Of a stretch of 64,000 bases of DNA, positions 52,446-64,000 are shown one piece after another. The translations under genes and the position numbers were made by a program. Below the pieces are notes generated by a model that worked only from the letters and a program-made list of their open reading frames with translations, was not told the origin of the DNA and did no database searches. The stretch is from Phoronis australis (Eukaryota; Animalia; Phoronida). The stretch covers positions 150,143 to 214,142 of the forward strand of contig NMRA01000286.1 in NCBI GenBank assembly GCA_002633005.1, written 5' to 3'. Each line of letters opens with the position of its first letter. Position 1 is the first letter of the stretch.

Positions 52446-54337
52446 CTGTAAGATAAGAGTGAGAAACATCAGGAAAGAGCCTATGACGGTTCATCTGTGG
52501 ACGAGATGGTGTTAACACAAGGACCTCAACGTAATGAGAATGAATGTCAGAATGAATACAAAAGTGAGAAAGATAGAGGGTCATCAAGAGACGATGGAAT
52601 TTATTTCATTCATGCACCACGTCAAGTAAGGAACAGAGAAACATAACAACCAGTGGTTAGGTAGACGTACAGTTGATAGGTGTGACTGCTACCAACACAG
52701 AAACATTTTTACTGTGTTAAAGTTAGTACTACAGACTTTGCAGACAATTGTATGAAGTATTTAGCTAATTATATACAAAACTACACGTTTGAACCCAGTA
52801 ACAGTAAACATTTCCTGAAAGTAAAAAGCTTAAGAGTTTTATTTTTGACTTTATACCAATCTACTGTTCATTGGCTCATGTGACTATGTCCTCTTAGTAA
52901 CATTTAGCAAAACAAGAAAGGAACATTCATATCAGAACAGCATACATAACACGACCAAATTTTGTTTATGATCTCAGAAACACTAATAATATTGTCTAAA
53001 TCATTGTTTTGTTTTCATTAATGCAAATGTTTGATTTTTCATTAATATCATTGAAGTTCGATATTAGTTAGTCCCTCACGAAATGAGGAACATTTTAAAA
53101 ATAATTCCTCACAGATCTATGGAGAATAGTGTGTGAAGCATGGTATCTAAAGGTTTTTTATGTATCCAAGCAGCCATGTCTGACATACGATGTTACAAAG
53201 TTAGTCAAATACGAACATTTTTATAGGGTGCAACATAACCTCAGGACCATCACACTCTGTCACTTCAGCTTAACATTTCTCTTCACATTCAGTATGGTAT
53301 GGTAATCAGTAAGTGATAAAACTTGCTACACCAAGAGGATTCTAAATTCTTACTCTTACAAATCAAGGTTATTCCACTCAGTCTTCTTAGTTCAGATGAT
53401 ATTAGTTCAAACACGTCTACAGAACATTAGACACACGATTATTTTCCACCCATTTAGCAAAGTGAATCCAAATAATATAAACTCAATTTTTGATTTAAGT
53501 TGAACCATAAAGAAAACTCCACTGACATTATTATGTAAGGAGGCTTCTACTGAAGCACTAACTAGTACAAATCAATGCTTGGCTAATTTTTAATAGATTG
53601 TACCACTGTAGTCAGCCTTTGAAAAATCTAACAATCAACAATTTTGTACAGAATACTTTAAAAGAATTACTGTCGCCATAGCAACACTTCTCATAAACTT
53701 GCAGAACTCAAGGCTGTTACCGACGCAAACTACTGTTCAGAGCTGGGGGTCATATAGTACTCTAAGAGTTTACCTGAAGCGGGTTCAATGGCCGTGTCAT
53801 GGTCAATTCTTATAAAACAGGTGTCACACAGCCATCCTTTTTTGTAATTTTGAATCCAAGTTCGAAATTGATTTCCTTATATACATGCCAACTTTGAGTG
53901 CAGAATGGTGTAAAGTGCTGGTTTCAGAAGCACTTGATAACATCCGCCATATATTGAATCTTATTAAGACGGAAAACAATAAACCTTGAGACATTTGTGA
54001 ATGTTGTGTGTAACTATGTCAATTGGATATAAACTGCGACCTGCAGCATGCAAACAATGAAAAAACAAACAAAAATTTCTGAGGAAAATTTCAATTCACC
54101 ACACTGTTAAGTTCTTAGCTATAAGCCTTCCATTAATATCATTTTAATGATCATAACAAAAAGCTGAGCATGTTAAAAATTTTGTCAAATATTGATGACA
54201 GCTGATTGATTGTGTGCAAAAATGTACACATTAAGTACAGTATTACATATAGTCTGCCATACTGAGACCTAAGTTGAATCATGTGTACCCAGGGCCCTCG
54301 CCCAGCTAAGACGAAAGGTGTATAGGTTTCCTAATAA

Positions 54338-54839
54338 CAGGGCTTGGAATGACCAATGACAAAAAAGCGGAAACTTTTACGGCCCAAATCATGCGCGCTA
54401 CCCAGCCAGCCTTGAAATGGTCGATGTTAACCTTTTGCCGACAAAACTCGGAAGGACTAAAAAAAAAACCTTAACACCATCACTAGCATGCGTCTGCGTC
54501 CTTTTAGCTCGTCCGTCCACTCCCAACCCACACATTTTTGGCTGCAGAGCCGTAGTATTTGTCGCCGCGGTTTACAATAACACGAGGCGCCATTGAAAAT
54601 CCTACCACGCTATCCCAGACGCCCCGGCAATGTTGACAATTTACGTTCCTCCGAAACATAAAGAGCAACTTCCGCTTTTCGAGGTGAACGTCGTCTGCAA
54701 CGCCGCGGTAAGAAAGGAATTTGCCGCGGAAATTTTATATCAAATCCGATTTTTTTTACGCGGAAATAAAATAAAATGCGCAGACAGAACATTTGAAAAG
54801 AGCGTAAATCCGCGTTTCGGCGGAAAATTCCAAGCCCTG
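54338..54839. mobile_element. About 500-bp MITE with 13-bp TIR CAGGGCTTGGAAT
   Basis: cagggcttggaat ... attccaagccctg; CpG-rich interior; flanks taataa / taat(t/a)a. Confidence 0.75.
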
Positions 54840-55775
54840 TAATTAGGAAATTTTTTTCCAAGAAGGGAGAATCACCCTCCCTGTGTCCATTACCACCAAT
54901 TCCCCCCAAGCATAGTTCCATGCTAACCTGCTTAAGTTATCAAAACTTGGTAAAATCTCATCAATTTAAGATACAATATGGCAAAGAGGTGGAATTTTAT
55001 ATTCTCATTTTTTTATAAAGGACGTATAAAACCAAAATGGTGCTTTGATATAATCAAGTTCTATAAATAACAACTAACATACTTTGAAAAGTTGGGGCAT
55101 TTAAAACAATGTTAGAAACCATTGAAAATAAAAACTGAAATTTTGGCAATTACGTACTTTTGTCTGAAATTGGTGAGATGTTACCATTAACTCAACAGTA
55201 CTGCTTTATGCACAGCTCGGAGTGGAACTTATGGAGTTACTTGGGCGAGTCTAAGTTGTGGGGTGNTACGCGGAAATATAATAAAATGCGCAGACAGAAC
55301 ATTTGAAAAGAGCGTAAATCCGCGTTTCGGCGGAAAATTCCAAGCCCTGTAATAAGGAAATTTTTTTCCAAGAAGGGAGAATCACCCTCCCTGTGTCCAT
55401 TACCACCAATTCCCCCCAAGCATAGTTCCATGCTAACCTGCTTAAGTTATCAAAACTTGGTAAAATCTCACCAATTTAAGATACAATATGGCAAAGAGGT
55501 GGAATTTTATATTCTCATTTTTTTATAAAGGACGTATAAAACCAAAATGGTGCTTTGATATAATCAAGTTCTATAAATAACAACTAACATACTTTGAAAA
55601 GTTGGGGCATTTAAAACAATGTTAGAAACCATTGAAAATAAAAACTGAAATTTTGGCAATTACGTACTTTTGTCTGAAATTGGTGAGATGTTACCATTAA
55701 CTCAACAGTACTGCTTTATGCACAGCTCGGAGTGGAACTTATGGAGTTACTTGGGCGAGTCTAAGTTGTGGGGTG
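54757..55775. other. Apparent 509-bp tandem duplication around a single N (55266); probable assembly artefact
   Basis: 54757-55265 closely matches 55267-55775 with a few SNPs. Confidence 0.85.
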
Positions 55776-58700
55776 CCAAGTAGTGAAACAAGGAGTTCCA
55801 TGGCTGGTTCTCTTCCCTAACACTAGTTATCACCCCTGCGTTTACAGTAACCCATATCCTGTTCTCCTGCAGGCTGCGTGACATGGCTGAGAAGTGTGGA
55901 CTCCTGATCTTAATAAACCGTAATGATGCTAAGGGTCTGTTAGAGTTGAAACTTTAGCCTCGAGGGGATTTTTTCATCATTAAAAAGAATTTTTGGGCCT
56001 GGTGAGGAGAATTTTGCACTATTTTCCAGTGTTTTAAAGACCGGAAAGAGGTCGATATTGATGACTAAAATCGAGGCATCAACGGACCCTATTACGGTAC
56101 AGTCACAATAATCATAGAAGTCACTGGCAGTGAAGCACGTGTTGCATTTGATAGACCAAGGCCACACAAAAACAGCTTTGATGCAATTCACACAGAGTTC
56201 CCCCAACCATTACCAAGGAACTTGGCTAAGCAGCATAAATGTCAGGCCACTGGAAATTAAAACAATATCTAACAACCCCCAAAAACTGTACCTTAAGCTG
56301 CTTCCCAAGGGTTAAAGAGTTGAAAACCCTCAAACGCATAAACACAAAAACAGTGGGTAACCACAAAAACCAATGCATCATTACCTGATTAACTGGCTAA
56401 TAGATGGCCAAAATGCAACATAGGACCCGATACCCAAGACCCGTATTTATACAGAAAAAGAGCGTAGACAAATGGCAGGTGACTATGGTTAAGCAAAATG
56501 ACAGAAGTGAAAGGTAGTGAGATTTAATTTCAGTTTAATGAGAAAGCCATCTGAAGCCACCAAGTCTAAAGGTCGTTTACCTCTCAGCAATCTGATTAAC
56601 TTGTGAAAAACTGTTAATAGCAGTCAAGAGGTCAGGAACATTTTACCTCCATTTGCATGAAAGTTATCTATAAAAGTAGCCCACTCTCATAAAGCAAGTC
56701 CTGGGATTGCAGTAGGGACTGTGCAAACTCATTAGAATCATCTTCAATTTATATCTCGTTTACACGCTGGCTATAACACTAGCATTGTCACTAGCACTTT
56801 CACTAGAACCAAAAAACCAGTTAGTAATGCCACTTCTGCTGACTGTTTGAGTTATTCCAAAGCAGCTAGCATTTTCACTAGCACATTCCTAGGCCTGAAG
56901 ATGGTTACTACAAAGGACACACCCTATATAGGGGTAACTACTATCATGGTTTTTGCCATTCACATGAACCTTAAATAGTTACAATTCCAGACACGGACTG
57001 GCAGTTGACCATCAACCTGGTCTATTGTTAAGCGCTCCCACCAGTCTTTTGTCCAAACACACACTGAGAGCTACATCTGAAGTCATTGCTGGGTGATGAA
57101 TGCTCTGCTTCACAGGACAGGTACTTCGATCAGCATTCCCGAATTATGCCATGGGTAGTCTGAAGCAGTTCGTGCAAATAACAACTGACATGATACAAGT
57201 TATTGTGAAATAGGCCTGGTTTCTAATGTGTCCATGCATAATCTCAGACCAATAAATCAGAACAATTCCTACAGAAACTAACTGCCGTTTTGAATACTCA
57301 GAAAGATCATTGCCAAAAGATTTTCACCCTCACAAATCCACAATGGCATAAATATGCTTTAACCTCTGTTTACCATAAAACACATTAGCTATGTAAGGGT
57401 ACTTTTTTAGAATGCTGTGATGTTTTAATCATGCCCAGAGCAACGAATGTGACTACAGTAGAGTATTTCTCAAAACTGGTCACTGACAATACGTATGGGT
57501 CACAATGCTTCCTGAACAAAGCTAGTGAGCTCTGAGATTACCTTAATCTCAAACTTTAACAAGTTCAAGGTCAACAAGAGACCTAATCAATTAACCCTCT
57601 GCAGGAGAATATATCACCTTTTTTGCAAGTGCTGAATGCCACTGGTATATCTGATGTTCTCAGCACCTCAATGGAGACAAGTCCGGAAATGACTGAATGG
57701 CATCATAAGATGACAACCTCCTTTGAATGGCATGCAGCAAGGTCAATAGACCTGTATAGTATTAGCATCTAGCTTGAAAGGTATGGTATGTAATTTGGTT
57801 CCTAGAACCTATTGGCAATACCACTCCAATCACTTTTAGGTGAGGTCAAGGTCAAAAGCACAATCAGTTTTCTATCATTTTTGTCAACACCAAGAGGTGC
57901 CAAACGAAACTAATTTGGTATCAGCTGGTTACATTTAAAAGTCCACCGAATCAATGATTACACAGACTCTTCATAACCAACATGAAATCAATAGGTTTCC
58001 AATCACTAAGCTATTCAGGCTGGTCAGATATTTAGAATCAGTCAAGTTAAGCCCAAGTTAAATAACAGATGGTGTCATGCACTATTGGTGAAAGTGGTAA
58101 AACTCCTGTTAAAATAAAGTACATTTTTGACAATCAAAATTTTCCCATATTAACTTGACTATTTTGACAAGTAAAATTCCATAGTTTAAACTAGACTATT
58201 TTGACACTTCAGAGCCCACTGACTTCATAGATTTTCAACATAATACCAAGATCTGAAAGTTAACGGCTTGAACATTTACCCACAATTGTCTTGCCATGAG
58301 ACCAGGCAAAAACGCTCAGAGGTCAACTAACAGTATACTAAGAAAAGTTTCAAGAAAAGTTGATTGTGACACCAACAAGCTTTGTAGTTTAGCAAAAATC
58401 ACAGTTGATTCTGGTCTGTGCCCAACCCATTTGGATACTTGTGATAAAAAACATACCTCTACATCAATTTCAGCCAACGTCTGGTGAATATTTTGCAAAA
58501 CTGCACAAAGTCAAATAGGCAAGGCTAAGCAAGCATTAAAACTCCATGATTTGCTACCAGCAATGAGTAAAAAAACAAAACCCCACGTCGTTTTTGCTCA
58601 TCCCAGGAGGATTTTTTGAAAAAGTGAGCAACTTTAAGTGCTGTACCATTGACTCTATTTTCAAAGAAGCAGAGACCAGAACCAACTGTTGTTTTTGGCC

Positions 58701-61700
58701 TTTTACACAGTAAACAAAAATAATGGCCAAGTTCAATTTACGATAAATAAGAATAAAGCAGTTTATGAAATCGGCCTCGGTATAACCATAGAAGTATGAT
58801 GTACAACTTGCCTCATTTCCCAGAGTCACAAAATTAAATCAAAAGATCCGAATTTCACCATTGTGTAAAAAGGTAATAGTGGTATAACCAAAACACTGCT
58901 CCATATAACTTCAAGAAATTCTGCAACAACTTGATAGTTATTCTCCAGGCTAATAGGTTATTCAGGTCGACAAGAGCTAAGTCATTTTTCAACTTTTATT
59001 CCCGTGGCGCACAATGGCAGGGTGGATGGGGACAAATCGAGTGAACCCAGGGGTACACAGCAAAATTTGACCCAGCTTGGCCAAGTTTGTAGTCTAATCC
59101 CCTTTCTAATGTTAACTAAGGTTCACCTAGCAAACTATGAAACTGTTATTCCGTTACCTTGATTAAATGTTACGAAGGTTTAGATAAAATCATACAAATA
59201 TGGACCAATCTGAGGGTGACATCACGTCATGTGGACCGAAGGGTTGCAATATTGCTCTCCAGAGATACATATGACCAGATAGGCCCGCACGAACAGACTA
59301 TATTTGCTTTGTTTCGTAACCTTTGATGCTTCCTGCCTCTGATTTTCAGGTCTCTTGTTAGATTAGCTTGTTTTTACCATTGATAAATCGACATGGTCTG
59401 CTTGCTTTCTAGTCACTGGTTTAAAGTTTCTACAGCGTCAGAAAGCTCAGATCGGGATTAGTGACATTAATTAACTGGGCGACATGAACGAACAGCGATA
59501 TTCCATGGCCACGTTGGTCACTATTATGCTAAATCTGAAGTTGTCACACTGCACTTCAGCCAATCAGAGGACAGAGCTATCAGTGGCCGGGTAATAATAG
59601 TCAACACTGAATACTGCACTTGCTTTTCAACCAGAACAATGTAAGAGTTCGTCAAGAGCTTGCTAATGGTTGGTTAGCATGATCTTTCCGGGGTTTCAAC
59701 AAGTAGTCTCTTTCAGTATGAGTCACCTGTTCACAGAGCAAAAAGTAACACCACTAAACGAGTAAAAAAGTGATCAAAAGTTCATGTGAACTCCCAAGGA
59801 ATATTGTGATTTAAAACTTAGATCAACCATTAACAGCTAATTTTTACAATGGACTAGAAACCAAAATGACTAACAAGGTAGATACGGGTAATGAGCTGAA
59901 GTAGGTAATGTAGTTATCACTCATCAAGCTAGGCAAGGAAAAGGGAATGTATGTTGAATATAGCATCCAGTTGGCCATACGGAAATGATCAATGTAGAAC
60001 TACATGAAAATATTCTGAAAGCATATCTCACCTGGATGAAATGCCGTAATGCAAGAACTGGTGCGTTTTCTTTCAAATGATTGAGGAAAAATGCCAAACT
60101 TTGTGTTGCATCAACAATGACCAATGTTTACATGCCAGACTGGACAAAATGAATTAAAAAAGCAGCTGCCATGTTCATAGCTGAAATAGCACACCACAGG
60201 AATGAAAAGAAAGGCAGCATCTACTACACTAACCCAGTAAATGTTTTGAATGCTTCCGACTTGTACATGTTGATAGTTCAAGGTTACCGTGAGTCATGAA
60301 TGGTGCAACAAGTAACAATAAAATGTAGGAAGACCTCATGGAGAGAAATTTTAGGTATGAGCATTTACTTTAATTCTTCATTTAGTTGGTGCACAGTATG
60401 GCCAACAAGTGAAATTCTGTTTTGGAAAATTATCCTCAAAAGTAAAGATTAAGAACATAGTCTGTTACATCCATGGTTTAGAGTGGGTAGAAGTCGTAAA
60501 ACATTTGCTTAAGTTCCCACTGTTGGCAAAAACGTAATCAGTCATTGAAAAAAGTAAAATTAACATTTTGGAAACAATTTTAGAGAGAAATAAGTGGAGG
60601 TAATAAAAAGATTTATAGTCTTCGGATCATGTTTTAATTAGGGAACAACCATTCTGCCACAGAAACTGATCTGCAAAATCTTGCTTCCTTGCAGAATATT
60701 TGTAATTGCAGCATTATGTACACGAATGTAAGAGGGAACAGAACAGTCACCAAGTCTCGAAATGTCAATAGAACACTGGCAAAAGCAGGCAGCCAGTAAA
60801 GAATGATAAGTAGGATGGTTTGCAACTTAAGTAAAGAAATCTCTAGGAGTAACTGAACCAGTCCCCCATTGGCCACGGCAGAGTTCAATAACGCTAGACC
60901 CTTGCTTCAAACCAAAAGTTCGCGAGATTACACGAGATATTGCCAAGAACACATGATTTTGGATAGAGTTCAGCAAGGTCCTAGCGTTACTGAACTCTAC
61001 CGCAACATCTCTACTTGGCTTTGGCACACAAATGATAATCTACAAATCCAGCGTCCTTAACTTAGTCTTCAGCAGACACACTATCAATCCTTCCCCACTC
61101 CAGAAATCATATCTACAGTGAAAATTCTTCAGTTTGGGATAGTGAAAAATTAAAGCCGAAGCCAATTTTTGGGCCGATTCAGGTCAAATTTAAAAGTTAT
61201 TTTGACACTGAAATTGCTAAAGGCCGAGATAGATGGTGATTTAAGCCTATGAGCGGTCAACTTTAGTCCTAGATTGAAGTAAAATACCAGCACCAGTTAA
61301 CTTCACAGTAAACAGGTGGATTTAACAGCGGAGCATCGATGCTGTGGTGCAGTTTGGACGGTCAACTTCCGTTCCATAAAAACTATCGACAGGGGCTATT
61401 GTTATCGTCAACAATTAAAAGGATAGTGTCATTGCTAACAGTTGCTTATATTTTACTTGAATAATCACCAATTGAATTAGAAATAAGTTTTATGTCACTT
61501 AGCACATGTAAATGTTACTTTAAAAAATCTTAGCATGTACGCGATACATCAACGCTACCTTGCAATTATTTCGATGACAACAGCATCACCTACCGTTCAT
61601 TTCCATGTCCATTAACTACCGAAGCGGGTATGAACGGTTCAGTTAACGCTGCAATTTACCTCGATTTTCCTCTCAGACCGGACTTAAGTCAGTATGAAAG

Positions 61701-63919
61701 AGCCTTTAAGCAATGTGATCATTAGCAAAAATGACAAATCCCCAGCACTGAAATCGACCACTTGAAAATGTTCCACAAAAACTTGCCTGGATGAACTCGA
61801 GAAGGGCACACCTTAACTATCAGAACCCTTGTAAGTTTACAGCCGTTCCTTTCTTGTTATAATTAGACACTTCTTATTGAGCAGTTACAAATGAAGTATT
61901 AGGTCCACAGGGAACATTAAGGAGGTCTATCTTAACATCAACATATTCATCAAGATGGTGTAATTACTTTTTAAAGAAATCATTGACAGCACTATCATCC
62001 TAAGCGTAATTGCTGAGCAAAAATGTTGGAGCACATTCGCAGCTGCATCGCACCAGCACCAAGAAATATAATTATCTTTGTAGGTAAAATGTTGTCAACA
62101 ACAAATTTCAAGATTAATGAGTTCAACAACCCATTGCCTATAATGGCTGCACTTTTAAAAAGACATCTGACACTTTTGTTGTTGAAACTGATAGGCTCCT
62201 GGAAATTAAACAGAAAGTAAAAAAATACACCAGAGAACACATCAGCCAATTTGTAGCTAGATTTGCCTCCCAGCTGGCACTGAGAGGAGGGCCCACGTTG
62301 CATTGTGGAAAAACCCATCAGAAATGCTAGTCAAATGCCTTAAAACTCAGAAATCGACTGCCAGAATGGCCAATGCTCAGCCTCAACCTGGTTCAAATGT
62401 TGACATCCTATTAATAGGAGAATAATGCAAGATGGCAGCATAACAATTTTGTTACTAAGAGAAGGACTTTGTCAAAACGAGTCGTTTCTGGAAATCCTGG
62501 AATACTTGTTCAGACACCGGGCTTCCGAAGGTACCCTTCCATTCACAAAATACGTTTAAGTTGTGTGAATTTAGAAGTTAGGGAGAGGCGGAATCATCAG
62601 AGAGACCTGTCCATATAATAAGGCCCAATGTCATGTACGTCCGTCCAATTCTCAGTGGGATGGCAGGGATGGGAATTTGTCTAGAAACTTGGATTAATAA
62701 GGAGGTAGACACGAAGGAACTGACATGAAGGGCCACAACAGTTTCTGAATCTGAAAATCCTCAACATGCTCTCATCATTAGCAACACAACTGCCAAACAG
62801 AAGGTGTCGCCGGCACTCTGCTTGAAATATCAAACATCACACCTTCATTACCAACACCACTCATTCCCACACTTTTATGACATTGAAGTGGAAATTTGCA
62901 GAAATATGTAGGTCTAGCTTAGACAGCCGGACATCTCAGATAAAAGAACAAGCAGGCAAATTCATGGACAGTTGTATTTTGAATAGTGCTTGGGAATCTG
63001 ATTTAGTACTGGGGCACGTGTGCTGACTGTGAACACAACAGTGAAAAGCCGCACAACTTTTCAACTGGTGTGTCATGCAACATTTCGGGAGAAAATGTCG
63101 CTCATCTGAACCCGGCTATGAAGACGCAGGAAAGCTACTGATAAGCAGTGTAAAGAGACCGCTTCTGTAGTCAGCAATTCTTTCTTTAAGGTGTACACAA
63201 ACATTGAAACTCACAACATCCTACAGCTCAAAAGAACCAAAGTCATACCTCTGTGCAAACAGTGCCGATCAATCCTATTTGGTATCATAAAACCTGGCGT
63301 GATCGACAAGAAAATTGCAGTAAAAAAACGTGACAGTTTCCCTTTGGCATTTCTGTTGAAAATGTGCACCAGACGTCAAAGAAATTCCAAAGCTGTACTC
63401 AGCAATGCTGGGCACCTTGAAACACATGACGTCAAAGAGCGGCTGCAGGTAATTACCCAGTTATCTCTCAAACCAAAGCAACAGAAGACATGTGGTGGAC
63501 CTAACTACTTTTCAACAACAGGGTGCTCCTAGCATGAAAACCAAATTTATTAGAAGTCTCACAGCCCAATAGCAATTATAACTATATATCAAATTGTAGG
63601 TTTCCATCCCAACACTCCTGTACATACAAGACAGCACCAAAAGATCTTATCTAATCACAACCACAAAAACACAAGGCATTTGTTCCTTGGTGTCACTACT
63701 GTTCTACACTGAAGAAATGCAAAGTACACACATTCAGGTAGTCATGTGGTGCTCTTACAATTTCTAATAATGTCCTCTATGTTGGTGAGAGGCTGTATGT
63801 TGCTAGTCTATTCAGGTTATCAAAAGAGTATCTTCAGTCTGCCACCGAAGTCCTGTCCACACACAAAGCCTACCCTAGAACAACTTGCGCTAGTGCAATG
63901 TACCTCACTTGTGGAGTGT

Positions 63920-63922
<3 letters not shown>

Positions 63923-64000
<78 letters not shown>
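63923..64000. repeat. (CA)n microsatellite running off the window end
   Basis: Directly visible. Confidence 0.98.

Noticed and set aside
54610-55431. Duplicated minus-strand ORFs MELCLGGIGGNGH…
   Set aside because: Result of MITE sequence plus the gap overlap; no recognisable domain
59924-60124. Extra upstream PDE3 coding exon ending CAG|GTGAGA
   Set aside because: No ATG or clear acceptor in frame and no similarity to the PDE3 N-terminus
60634-63532. Coding gene or transposase in the 60-113 aa ORFs
   Set aside because: No recognisable domains or consistent frame; probably intronic sequence

Overview
Eukaryotic (invertebrate metazoan, probably lophotrochozoan-like; species cannot be determined) intron-rich, AT-rich genomic DNA. 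Three spliced protein-coding genes can be rebuilt by hand with consistent GT-AG junctions and reading phases. (1) The last 13 coding exons of a DPY19L3-like C-mannosyltransferase (+, 839-21010, 5' end outside the window). (2) A complete UBXN10-like UBX-domain gene (+, CDS 26768-26841 joined to 28158-28860, 258 aa). (3) The last 11 coding exons of a PDE3 cGMP-inhibited cAMP phosphodiesterase (-, 52445 to 35668; upstream exons not found), convergent with UBXN10. Introns and UTRs hold a 5'-truncated, frameshifted L1/Tx1-like LINE, several HINE/DINE-1-like (Helentron-associated) elements with many CTCF-like motifs (one nested in another), several MITE families, and minisatellites. Two apparent tandem duplications flank single-N gaps and are most likely assembly artefacts (allelic overlap). 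I found no convincing novel multi-gene system. The best leads are the CTCF-like motif arrays carried by repeats, a possible second reading frame in the last PDE3 exon, an unexplained duplicated minus-strand exon-like unit between DPY19L3 and UBXN10, and RFX/CRE candidate sites. All homology calls are from recalled motifs, not database searches.
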